A program made the translations under genes and the position numbers. 36,520 nucleotides of DNA from an uncultured Candidatus Kuenenia sp. (GTDB taxonomy: Bacteria; Planctomycetota; Planctomycetia; Pirellulales; UBA1268): positions 1 through 36,520 of the forward strand of contig CAYZHH010000001.1 of the NCBI GenBank assembly GCA_964478275.1. Direction: 5' to 3'. Shown piece by piece: positions 1 to 8,663 of the stretch; position 1 is the first letter of the stretch, and each line of letters begins with the position of its first letter. Below the pieces are notes generated by a model. That model was not told the origin of the DNA, searched no databases, and worked only from the letters and a program-made list of their open reading frames with translations.

Positions 1-18
1 AGGCTTCCAGCCTGGCGA

Positions 19-1464
19 TCAACTCAAGATTCCATTCACCACATGCCCATGCACGTCGGTGAGCCTGAAATCGCGGCCCTGGTAGCGATAGGTGAGCTGC
101 TCGTGGTCGAGGCCGAGGCAGTGGAGGATCGTGGCCTGGAGGTCGTGGACATGCACTTCGTCCCGGGCGATGTGAAACCCGAGCTCGTCGGTTTCGCCAT
201 ACGTGATGCCCCCTTTGATGCCGCCACCAGCCAGCCACATCGTGAACGCATTCGGATGATGATCACGGCCGAGTGAGCGACCAAGCACAGCGCTCGACTC
301 CACCATCGGCGTGCGGCCAAACTCACCCCCCCAGACCACGAGCGTGCTGTCGAGCATCCCCCGCTGCTTCAGATCAGCCACGAGCGCTGCCGAGCCCTGG
401 TCGGTGGCTCCGCTATTCTTCTTCACGTTGCCCGCCACGTCCGAGTGGGCGTCCCATCCTTCATGATAGATCGTCACGAACCGGACGCCCCGTTCCACGA
501 GCCGCCTCGCGATCAAGCACGCCCTTGCGAAACTCGACTCCTCGGGCTTGCAACCGTAGAGGGCAAGCGTCTCGGGCGTCTCATCGGCCAGATTCATGAG
601 ATCGGGCGCGGAGGTCTGGAGCCGATGGGCCATCTCGTAGGACGCGATCCGTGTCGCAATCTCGGGGTCGCCGTCGGCAATGAGCCGACGTCGGTTCAGC
701 GATGAGACGAGCGCAAGCGTGTCGGCTTCGAGCAACGCGTCGGCGCCCTCGGGTGAATCGACGTTGAGAATCGGCGGCCCGGCATTGCGGAACCGAGTGC
801 CGGTGTAGACGCTCGGCAGAAAGCCGCTCGACCAGCATGCGCTTCCGCCACTGATTCCGCTCCCGGTACTCATCACGACGAAGGCAGGCAACTCGTCACT
901 CTCGCTGCCAAGTCCGTAGGTAACCCACGACCCCATGCTTGGGCGGCCTGGCTGGGCGAAGCCGCAGTTCATGAAGATCTGGGCTGGCGCGTGATTGAAC
1001 TGGTCGGTGCGGCAGCTCTTCACGATCGCGATGTCGTCGGTGACCTTCGCAAGCCAGGGCAGCATCTCCGACAGCTCGGCACCGCATTGGCCATGCTTCG
1101 CGAACGTGAATCGCGGCCCGAGCACCGCGGCATCGGGCCGGATGAAGGCGTACCGCTGGCCGCCGATCACCTCCGGTGGGAGCGGCTTCCCCTCGATCTC
1201 GGCCAGCTTTGGCTTGTGGTCAAAGAGCTCCAGCTGGCTCGGCGCCCCTGCCATGAAGAGCTGAATGACTGCCTTCGCTTTGCCGGGAGAGTGTGGTGGC
1301 CGCGGCGCCAGCGGCGAGACTGACTGCGTCCCGTTCGCCGACTGTCGAAGCGCCCCCGAGAGCAGGCCCGCCAGCGCGATTTTCCCTACACCGACGCCAC
1401 ACTCGGCAAAGAAATGCCGGCGTGTGACATCCATCGGGTCAGCATTTGAATTGTGCATCATCAC
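19..1464 (-). CDS. DUF1501 domain-containing protein (sulfatase-like fold, Tat signal)
   Basis: Twin-arginine-like TRRHFF near the N-terminus. Family motifs include KAVIQLFMAGAPSQLELFDHKP, GRPSMGSWVTYGLGS, ARRLVERGVRFV, WDAH, WGGEFGRTP, GRDHH and VHDLQATILHCLGLDHEQLTYRYQGRDFRLTDV. Its start overlaps the stop of the upstream PSD1 gene by 4 bp. Confidence 0.93.
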   Translation of the reverse strand: MMMHNSNADPMDVTRRHFFAECGVGVGKIALAGLLSGALRQSANGTQSVSPLAPRPPHSPGKAKAVIQLFMAGAPSQLELFDHKPKLAEIEGKPLPPEVIGGQRYAFIRPDAAVLGPRFTFAKHGQCGAELSEMLPWLAKVTDDIAIVKSCRTDQFNHAPAQIFMNCGFAQPGRPSMGSWVTYGLGSESDELPAFVVMSTGSGISGGSACWSSGFLPSVYTGTRFRNAGPPILNVDSPEGADALLEADTLALVSSLNRRRLIADGDPEIATRIASYEMAHRLQTSAPDLMNLADETPETLALYGCKPEESSFARACLIARRLVERGVRFVTIYHEGWDAHSDVAGNVKKNSGATDQGSAALVADLKQRGMLDSTLVVWGGEFGRTPMVESSAVLGRSLGRDHHPNAFTMWLAGGGIKGGITYGETDELGFHIARDEVHVHDLQATILHCLGLDHEQLTYRYQGRDFRLTDVHGHVVNGILS

Positions 1465-4400
1465 CTCTTCACGATCGCTTCATCGAGGTTCATCATCGCC
1501 CGGGCCACGAGCGTCCAGGCCGCTCGTTCGACAACACCATGGTCTGCCTTGCCGCCGGCAAGTTTCAGGGCGTCGAGGTCACGGCTCGTCAGGCGTTTGT
1601 GCTGCTCGCCGAGATAGACCACGAGTACCTTCTGCTCGTCCGGTTCGAGATGCCGCGACAACAGACGCATTGAAAGCATGTCGAGCCGAGCAGCGTCGTC
1701 GGGGCCGGCGGCAGCCGCCAAGCGACCAAGGGCCTGGGCAATCTCGAGGAACATCGGGTCGTTCAGGAGCGTGAGCGCCTGGAGCGGCGAGTTGGAGACC
1801 TCACGCCGCGGGATGCACGCCTCGCCGGTGGGCCCGTCGAACGTCGTCGTAAATGCAAACGGCGCCGTTCGTTTCTGGAAGGTGTAGATGCTGCGACGGT
1901 AGCGGTCTTCCCCTTTGCTCACGTTCCATGTGGGTGATCCGTAGGCCACCTCCGTGACGCCGGCTGGCTGGGGGGGGCGCACGCCGGGCCCGTACATTTT
2001 GGTTGAGAGCATCCCTGATGCCGCGAGAAACCCGTCGCGGATGACCTCAGCATCGAGCCGCACCCGCGGGCCGCGAGCGAGGAGGGCGTTCACAGGGTCG
2101 TGATCCTTCAGCGTTCCAGTCACTCGGGAATCCTGGCGGTAGGTCGCGCTCGTCACGATGAGCCGATGAAGCTTTTTGAACGACCAGCCGAGGCCGCCAG
2201 ACTCTGCCGGCTCACGGAACGATACGGCCAGCCAGTCGAGGAGCTCGGGGTGACTCGGGATCGCCCCCTGATAGCCAAAGTCAGCCACGGTCGCCACGAT
2301 GCCGCGGCCAAAGAAGGGTTCCCACTGGCGATTGACGGTCACTCTCGCGGTCAGCGGATTCTCCGGTGCGACGAGCCACCGCGCCAGGGCGAGACGATCG
2401 GCCGGGGCGTCGGCAGGAAGCGACGGTAAGAACGCCGGGACGGCGGACGTCACTTCCTCCTCCGGCTGCGTGAACTCGCCGCGGTGATGGCGATGGGTCT
2501 TTCGCGGATTGTCGGCTGGCCTCTGCTCAAGCACGAGCGTCGCGAGGCCTTCGCGAAGGCTTGCTTCGAGCCGCTCGATTTCCTTGACGCGGTCGCTCAC
2601 CTCTGGGGCCGTCGCCAGGAACGTCTGGAAGATCGCCTCCTGCTCCTCGCTCGAGCGAGCATCCGGTTCCTTCACGAGCGCCGCCTCGACGTCGGCTGGA
2701 TGGCCGTGGGCTGGGGCGCCGCCGGCATCAGTGACCGAGAGCCGGAATCGACCGAGCGGGCATGCGAAATGCCGCTCAAACCGCATCGTCACGACGATGG
2801 GCTCGCCTGCGGCAACGGGCTGCGCAAGCTCGAACACAGCCGCTTCGGCATGGCCCTGACGGCCATTGGTGCTCCAGCCCGTCGACATCACGCCATCAAT
2901 CGCAGCCGCGGCACCGCTCGCGCCGTGGCCATGCGCCGCCGTGCCGCCGAAGGATTCACTGGTCTTGGCGATCTCGATCCTCGCGGCTTTCGGCGGCACC
3001 CGCACCTCGAGCTCCGACAGGAAAAACTCACCCGGCGTTCCCTCGTAGCTGCACATGCCTGGCCCGCAATCCGGCAGCGACTCATGCGGCAACACTTCAA
3101 GACGAATGGCTCGCACTGGAGTATCCACCCGTGGAAGGGTGACCGTATAGACATCGCTCTTGGTCTGGTCGCCACTGGCGAGCACCGAGCTGTCATCCTG
3201 GATCTCGAGCCAGGGCATCGATGTTTCGAGTGAGTCGGGGCGGACGATCTTCCACGGAACGGCCTTGGCTGATTCCTCGCGGTTCCATGCATCGAACCGC
3301 GAGGTCAGGCCAGCCGCTCGTTCGCCCGTATCAGCGGCTGCTGCGCCGGGCTCAGCAGAGCCTGCCAGGTGCTCCTTCGACGGGGCCGACGAGGGCCAGT
3401 GGTCAGGCAACTCCTTCCAAAGCCGTTCGATTGTGGCTCTTGCGTCGGCAAGCCGCTGCGACCGATCCTCGCTCGGGATGATCCACTCGGGCTCGTCAGC
3501 GTTGTTCAAGAGCGCAAACAGTGAAAAGTAGTCGGTATGGGTGAGGGGATCGTATTTGTGCGTGTGGCACTGGGCGCAGGCGGTTGTTAGGCCGAGCCAC
3601 GTCGCGCCCGTCGTGCCCACGCGGTCCACGATCGAGAGATATCGAAACTCGAGCGGGTCAATGCCACCCTCCTCGTTGATCATCGTGTTGCGATGAAAGC
3701 CCGTGGCCACGATGTCATCGACCGTCGCGTTCGGCAGCATGTCGCCGGCGACCTGCCGGATCGTGAATTGGTCGAACGGCATGTCGTCGTTGAGGGCTCG
3801 GATCACCCAGTCGCGCCAGGGCCAGATCGTGCGAGGACGGTCCTTCTCGTAGCCGTTGGTGTCGGCATAGCGTGCGAGGTCGAGCCAGCGACGGGCCCAA
3901 CGCTCGCCGTACCGAGGGCTCGCGAGCAACCGATCGACAAGCGTCTCATAGGCATCGGGCGAGGTATCGGCGAAGAAGGCTGCGAGCTCATCGGGCGAAG
4001 GTGGGAGACCAATAAGGTCGAGATGCACGCGGCGGCAGAGCGCGGCCCGATCGGCCTCCGGGGAAGGGGAAACTTTCTCGGACTCGAGCCGAGCGAGCAC
4101 AAAGGCATCGATCGGATTCCTGACCCAACCGTCGCGGGCGACCGGCGGGACTGCAGGCTTGGCTGGCTTCACAAAGGCCCAGTGCGGGGCATAGGGAGCA
4201 CCTGCGTTGATCCACTCGGTGAGCACTCGCTTGTCGTTGTCGGAGAGGGTCACCTTCGTGTGTGGCGGAGGCATCACGAGATCGGGATCATCGCTCGTGA
4301 TGCGGGCGACGAGCTCGCTCGAGTCAGCGTGGCCCGGCACGATTCCCCGCTCGCCGCTGTCGAGCTCCGCGAGTGCCGCCTCGCGAACGTCGAGCCGCAG

Positions 4401-4613
4401 GCCGGCCTCCTGGTGCTCTGAATCGGGCCCGTGGCACTTGAAGCAGCGGTTCGAGAGGATCGGCCGGACCTCGCGGTTGAAGTCAGGGCCAGCGGCGGCG
4501 ACCGAAACGGACTGAAAAACGCTCGCGACCGTGAGCACGCAAGCGAGCCATCGGAGTGAGCTACGGAAGAACGTCATCAGCACCCTCAGAAAGGCTCGTG
4601 CGACCGATTGCAT
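1461..4613 (-). CDS. PSD1 / planctomycete cytochrome c domain protein (PSCyt1 + DUF1549 + DUF1553)
   Basis: Signal-peptide-like N-terminus and two CxxCH motifs (FNREVRPILSNRCFKCHGPD, ACAQCHTHKYDP). Also NPIDAF, YGERWARRWLDLARYADTNG, NPLTARVTVNR, PSHPELLDWLA, RRSIY and PLQALTLLND. A beta-rich insert (AAIDGVMSTGWS) lies in the middle. GGAG precedes the ATG at 4613; an alternative start is at 4577. Confidence 0.93.
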   Translation of the reverse strand: MQSVARAFLRVLMTFFRSSLRWLACVLTVASVFQSVSVAAAGPDFNREVRPILSNRCFKCHGPDSEHQEAGLRLDVREAALAELDSGERGIVPGHADSSELVARITSDDPDLVMPPPHTKVTLSDNDKRVLTEWINAGAPYAPHWAFVKPAKPAVPPVARDGWVRNPIDAFVLARLESEKVSPSPEADRAALCRRVHLDLIGLPPSPDELAAFFADTSPDAYETLVDRLLASPRYGERWARRWLDLARYADTNGYEKDRPRTIWPWRDWVIRALNDDMPFDQFTIRQVAGDMLPNATVDDIVATGFHRNTMINEEGGIDPLEFRYLSIVDRVGTTGATWLGLTTACAQCHTHKYDPLTHTDYFSLFALLNNADEPEWIIPSEDRSQRLADARATIERLWKELPDHWPSSAPSKEHLAGSAEPGAAAADTGERAAGLTSRFDAWNREESAKAVPWKIVRPDSLETSMPWLEIQDDSSVLASGDQTKSDVYTVTLPRVDTPVRAIRLEVLPHESLPDCGPGMCSYEGTPGEFFLSELEVRVPPKAARIEIAKTSESFGGTAAHGHGASGAAAAIDGVMSTGWSTNGRQGHAEAAVFELAQPVAAGEPIVVTMRFERHFACPLGRFRLSVTDAGGAPAHGHPADVEAALVKEPDARSSEEQEAIFQTFLATAPEVSDRVKEIERLEASLREGLATLVLEQRPADNPRKTHRHHRGEFTQPEEEVTSAVPAFLPSLPADAPADRLALARWLVAPENPLTARVTVNRQWEPFFGRGIVATVADFGYQGAIPSHPELLDWLAVSFREPAESGGLGWSFKKLHRLIVTSATYRQDSRVTGTLKDHDPVNALLARGPRVRLDAEVIRDGFLAASGMLSTKMYGPGVRPPQPAGVTEVAYGSPTWNVSKGEDRYRRSIYTFQKRTAPFAFTTTFDGPTGEACIPRREVSNSPLQALTLLNDPMFLEIAQALGRLAAAAGPDDAARLDMLSMRLLSRHLEPDEQKVLVVYLGEQHKRLTSRDLDALKLAGGKADHGVVERAAWTLVARAMMNLDEAIVKR

Positions 4614-4661
4614 TAGTATGGTATCTCCATGCCCTGATCACCACTGCACCGATGAAGCCTT

Positions 4662-5501
4662 GTGGATCCGCTTGAAACCATTACGAGCCCCGCAAATCCC
4701 CGCGTGAAGCAGGCTGCGCAGCTGCGCGAGGCCGGTGAGCGACGGAAGTCGGGGCTCACGCTCGTGGACGGCATCCGAGAGCTGGCCCGCGCGGTGGCAT
4801 CTGGCGTCGAGATTGTTGACGTGTTTGTGACGACCGACCGCGACGCGGCGGCATCGGCTCGGACATCTGATCGCAACGCGTGCCTGGAGGCATGCGCTGT
4901 CCGCGGTGCAGCCATCGTGCATGTGGGTCCGAGAGCCTTTGCGAAGCTGGCCTTTGGCGACCGCAACGAGGGGATCGTTGGTGTCGTGCGGTTCGAGGCT
5001 CGTGGGCTTGCCGATGTGAGCTTTGGAGTGGGACGGCCTGTCCTCGTTGCCGAGGGCGTCGAGAAGCCGGGCAATCTCGGCGCGATTGTGCGGACCGCCG
5101 ATGCGGCCGGTCTCGCTGGCGTCATCGCCTCCGATCCAAAAACGGATGTCGCCAATCCTGCCACGATCCGGGCAAGTCTGGGCACCGTCTTCCGTGTGCC
5201 GCTCGCGGTGGCGACGGCCGCCGACACCATCCACTGGGCCGCTGCATCACGGCGGCGGGTCGTGCTCGCGACGCCAACAGGCACTCGGCGATGGCACGAT
5301 GTGGATCTCACCGGCAACACGCTTTTGGTCGTGGGCAGCGAGGCCGATGGGGTCTCGCATGCCTGGCATGCGGCCGCGACGGCGGGCACGATTTCGCTCG
5401 AGACGATTCACCTGCCGATGCGGGGCATCGCCGATAGCCTCAATGTCTCGGTGACGGCGGCGGTCCTCGCGTACGAGGCACTCAGGCAGGAGGCGACATG
5501 A
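4662..5501 (+). CDS. TrmH/SpoU-family RNA 2'-O-methyltransferase
   Basis: ITSPANPRVK N-terminus and SPOUT motifs EKPGNLGAIVRTADAAG, VGSEADGVS and LPMRGIADSLNVSVTAAVLAYE. GTG start. Confidence 0.93.
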   Translation: MDPLETITSPANPRVKQAAQLREAGERRKSGLTLVDGIRELARAVASGVEIVDVFVTTDRDAAASARTSDRNACLEACAVRGAAIVHVGPRAFAKLAFGDRNEGIVGVVRFEARGLADVSFGVGRPVLVAEGVEKPGNLGAIVRTADAAGLAGVIASDPKTDVANPATIRASLGTVFRVPLAVATAADTIHWAAASRRRVVLATPTGTRRWHDVDLTGNTLLVVGSEADGVSHAWHAAATAGTISLETIHLPMRGIADSLNVSVTAAVLAYEALRQEAT

Positions 5502-6754
5502 TGAAGGTTCTCGGTCAGACCGACGCCCTCTTGGAAACGGCCGACTTCGAACGCCTCGAGCGGTGCTGTGCCGATCGCGGCCCATCGGCGATGTGTGACG
5601 AACTGGCTGCGTCGCTTGCTGCACGAGGCCGTTGGCATGCTGTTTTTGACCTGCGTCTGGTGCAGGCGCGGCTGTCGCTCGGTCTTCCGACGGTCGGTCC
5701 GATCAACATCGCTGACGAGGTGACTCAAGCGAGGCTCGACGACCTTACGCTTGCCGCCTGCCGTGAAGCGGGCTGGCCGCTTGTGGACGCAGGGCAGGTG
5801 GCGGCGGCGTGGATGTACCTGCGAGCCGCCGTGTCTCCGGAAGATGTGGCGGCTCGGCTCGGGCCGATCGCCGCGCAGGCAGTGCTGGCGGTGAAGGAAC
5901 GCGCCGACGATAAGGATGCTGCGAGGCTTGTCGAAGAGATTCTCGGCGTGACGCTCTGGGAGTCGGCCGATCCGGCGATCGGCATCGGTCTCGTGCTCGA
6001 GACGCAAGGCACGTGCAACGCCATTACGGCCTACGAGCAGGCGGTGTCTCGCCTGACGGCCTCGCGCCAAGAACCCGCGGCTGCGAGGCTCGTCGCCCAT
6101 CTTCACGACGAGCTCGTGCGGGCCGTAGCGAGTGACCTGGCGGCGCGCGGGATCGACACGAGTGGATCGCTCGTCGCCGATATGCCGCTCGTCGCGCTGC
6201 TCGAGTCGGCGGGTGGACTCGTGGGCGATGCGAGTATCCATGTCGATGTGTCGCACCTGCAATCGGTGCTGCGGATCGCGAGGGTGTGTGCCGACCCAGC
6301 GACACTTCGTCGCTGCTTCGAGCTCGCGACGTACGGCTGCCGGCTCCCGGAGGAGGTGACGTACCCCGGCGAGCCCCCCTTCGAGAATGTCGCCGAGGCC
6401 TCGCGACATTTTTTTGGAGCGCAGAGCGGCCGCGATGTTCGCGAAGCGGTGGCCTTCTTTCGACGCGAGGCGACGAATGCCGATTTCGACGTGGCCGGCT
6501 CACTGCCGCTCGACACGCTCGTGCTTTTGCTGACACGGCTGGGACGCTCAGCCGAAGCACTTCAGGAGGCGGTGAACCGTCCCCGTGAGGGTGGTCCGCC
6601 GAGCACGATGCAGGCGGCCGGCCTGCTGCCGTCGCTTGTGGATCTTGCCCGCGCAAGTGGCGAATGGGATCTGCTGCTCGACGCCTGCCGCCGTCACGGC
6701 GACGAAGTCACGTTCGCCGCGTCGCTCGCCGCCCGAGCTGCGAATAATCGCTAA
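5498..6754 (+). CDS. Hypothetical alpha-helical protein
   Basis: 418-aa ORF translationally coupled to the TrmH-family gene (ATGA overlap), with typical GC-rich codon usage. Conserved-looking segments include CREAG, AAWMYLRA, GTCNAIT, HVDVSHLQSVLRIAR and YPGEPPF. No family recognised. Confidence 0.8.
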   Translation: MMKVLGQTDALLETADFERLERCCADRGPSAMCDELAASLAARGRWHAVFDLRLVQARLSLGLPTVGPINIADEVTQARLDDLTLAACREAGWPLVDAGQVAAAWMYLRAAVSPEDVAARLGPIAAQAVLAVKERADDKDAARLVEEILGVTLWESADPAIGIGLVLETQGTCNAITAYEQAVSRLTASRQEPAAARLVAHLHDELVRAVASDLAARGIDTSGSLVADMPLVALLESAGGLVGDASIHVDVSHLQSVLRIARVCADPATLRRCFELATYGCRLPEEVTYPGEPPFENVAEASRHFFGAQSGRDVREAVAFFRREATNADFDVAGSLPLDTLVLLLTRLGRSAEALQEAVNRPREGGPPSTMQAAGLLPSLVDLARASGEWDLLLDACRRHGDEVTFAASLAARAANNR

Positions 6755-6755
6755 G

Positions 6756-6799
6756 TTGCGTAACAAGACATAACATATTAGTTTTGTCTTGTTACGCAA
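6756..6799. promoter_or_regulatory. Inverted-repeat operator overlapping a sigma70-type promoter of the AbiE-like pair
   Basis: TTGCGTAACAAGACA (6756-6770) and TGTCTTGTTACGCAA (6785-6799) are perfect reverse complements, extendable to 19 bp with one mismatch. They contain TTGCGT-N17-TAGTTT (6756-6784). This is an AT-rich patch 15 bp upstream of the GTG at 6815. Confidence 0.8.
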
Positions 6800-6814
6800 A
6801 ACGATGGCTCCCCC

Positions 6815-7606
6815 GTGGCGGATGAACGGCATCAGATCACCGAGCAGATTCAGGGGATGGTTGCGGCACTGGTGGCCACGCAACCGGCTGGGGTAGGGCT
6901 CTGCCTGGTTGGCGGTTTTCGTTACCGAAGGCTCGATCGGGGGCCCAGGCGGTCGGTCGTTGTCGACTATCACTGGCATGGCGACCTCGTAGCCAAGCAA
7001 CGGGAGCTGATCGCCCTTTTTGAGCGGCGACTCCTGCCTGACGTTCGAAGGCAATGCAGCCTCGATGGGGCCGTGGCGGCCGGCGACGTTCGTAACGGAT
7101 CGGATGCCGTGGCCGTGGTCGAGCTGGCGTTCTGGCGACTCGGCTCGTCGCTTGGACGCATCGAAATACCGGTCGATGTCACGCGAATCGCAATCATCGA
7201 TCCGCCCGTGGCCAGAACAGTCGATGGCGTTGTCTACCGCACGCCGTCAAATGCCGACATGCTTGAATCCAAGGTGATCGCGATCATGTGTCGGCCCTTC
7301 ATCGAGTACCGCGACATCCTCGACCTGCATCTCTTCGCGAACCATGCGGCCGCCGACGCGCCCAAACGGATCGCCGACAAACTTGCCCGCCTCGGCGTGG
7401 ACGGGCATGCGGTCAAGCGGCGGCTCGACAACCTCGTCCACTCCGCAGGGCACCACGTGAGGGCGATCGATGCGCTGATTGGTGAGCAGGTCGATGCCAC
7501 GCAGGCCTCCGTGCTTGCGTCGACCGGTGGGGGACAATCTGTCCTCGCGAGCGTCATCTGTCTTCTCGTCGAGCTTCTCGGCTTGCCAGGGGCGACAACC
7601 CCATGA
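6815..7606 (+). CDS. Nucleotidyltransferase, AbiEii/AbiGii-like type IV toxin
   Basis: LVGGF...RRSVVVDY resembles the GG...R.S.D.D motif, and LESKVIAIMCR...YRDILDL resembles the K..A...R...RD..DL motif. Coupled by an ATGA overlap to an AbiEi-like gene. Confidence 0.75.
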   Translation: MADERHQITEQIQGMVAALVATQPAGVGLCLVGGFRYRRLDRGPRRSVVVDYHWHGDLVAKQRELIALFERRLLPDVRRQCSLDGAVAAGDVRNGSDAVAVVELAFWRLGSSLGRIEIPVDVTRIAIIDPPVARTVDGVVYRTPSNADMLESKVIAIMCRPFIEYRDILDLHLFANHAAADAPKRIADKLARLGVDGHAVKRRLDNLVHSAGHHVRAIDALIGEQVDATQASVLASTGGGQSVLASVICLLVELLGLPGATTP

Positions 7607-8220
7607 AAGCGATCGAGTGGGTCCGTTTTTTTTCAGATCAGCGGGCACGGTTTAGAAAGAGCCTGTTTACCGTCACGGAACTTGCGAACGTGGCCGATGC
7701 GTCGCCGGCGGTGATGAATGTCGAGCTGGGCCGGCTTGTGAAGCAGGGCGTGATCTGCCGCTGGGTGCCCGGGCGGTATGGACTGCCAGACGGGGTGACT
7801 GCCGATGAGCTCGCGGCGTCGATCGACTCCGATGCGTATGTGACCGGCGCCCATGCCCTCGCCTACCACGGATACATCACCCAGATGCCTCGGGAGATTG
7901 ACTGCTTCACGCGGCGGCGACACAACCGATCACGAAAGCGGCCAGGGCCGCTGGGAACGCTTGTCTTCGTGACCGTGAGCCCGCGTGTGTACGCGGCGCC
8001 TGCGGAAAGCCGTATGGCCGGCCCTGAGCAAGCCTTCTGTGACTTATTCTACGTCTCGCGCCGCCGTGGCCTTGATCCCCGAAGCCTCTACACGTTTCGC
8101 AAGCTCAACCAGCTTGCCTTCACGACCAATCTGCTTGCCCGCTACCCGCAGACCGTGCAGCAAGCAGTCGCGTCCCTCGCGACCTCAGAACCACCAGAGG
8201 GGACCAGGACGGAAGCCTAG
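7603..8220 (+). CDS. AbiEi-like antitoxin / transcriptional regulator (N-terminal wHTH)
   Basis: wHTH-like segment FTVTELANV...VELGRLVKQGVICRWVPGRY, followed by the AbiEi-type motif AYVTGAHALAYHGYITQMP and by GPEQAFCD. Confidence 0.75.
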   Translation: MKAIEWVRFFSDQRARFRKSLFTVTELANVADASPAVMNVELGRLVKQGVICRWVPGRYGLPDGVTADELAASIDSDAYVTGAHALAYHGYITQMPREIDCFTRRRHNRSRKRPGPLGTLVFVTVSPRVYAAPAESRMAGPEQAFCDLFYVSRRRGLDPRSLYTFRKLNQLAFTTNLLARYPQTVQQAVASLATSEPPEGTRTEA

Positions 8221-8592
8221 GATGCTGCCCTTCGTGCAGGGGTGGCATGCGCCAGGATTGTCGCAGCCGCCCCGCGTCGGGCCATAGCCAAAGTATTGTG
8301 GCGGCACAAAGCCTCGCCCTGGCGGAAGTTGCCAGGGCGCCAGCATGTCTGGTCCTTGCGGCACCCCATGGCAATCAACCAGGCGGCCGTGGCAATCGCA
8401 TGGATCGGTCCAGGGCAGCTCTTCGAACACGGCACCCCAGTAGCGTGGGCCGCAGCCGGAATCGCCGCAGGGGCTTTCCATGCCCGCGGCAGTGCCGCCG
8501 CACGGACGACACGGCCCTCCGGCAAGCGCAGCAGGCGCCGCCGCGAAAACGCATGTCATTCCAAGCATGGCAAGAACGATTGTGCGTCTCAT
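8185..8592 (-). CDS. Small secreted Cys/Gly/Pro-rich protein
   Basis: Signal peptide MRRTIVLAMLGMTCVFAAAPAALA, then 10 Cys in the mature part, including GCGPRYWG and DPCDCHG. Alternative start at 8610. Lies directly downstream of glgA on the same strand. Confidence 0.7.
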   Translation of the reverse strand: MRRTIVLAMLGMTCVFAAAPAALAGGPCRPCGGTAAGMESPCGDSGCGPRYWGAVFEELPWTDPCDCHGRLVDCHGVPQGPDMLAPWQLPPGRGFVPPQYFGYGPTRGGCDNPGACHPCTKGSILGFRPGPLWWF

Positions 8593-8663
8593 GCCAACGG
8601 TATCGGTCATGACGGGGGCGACACGCCCGCCAGGTCGTCAGGGAGCCCTACGCTTTGCCTGCT

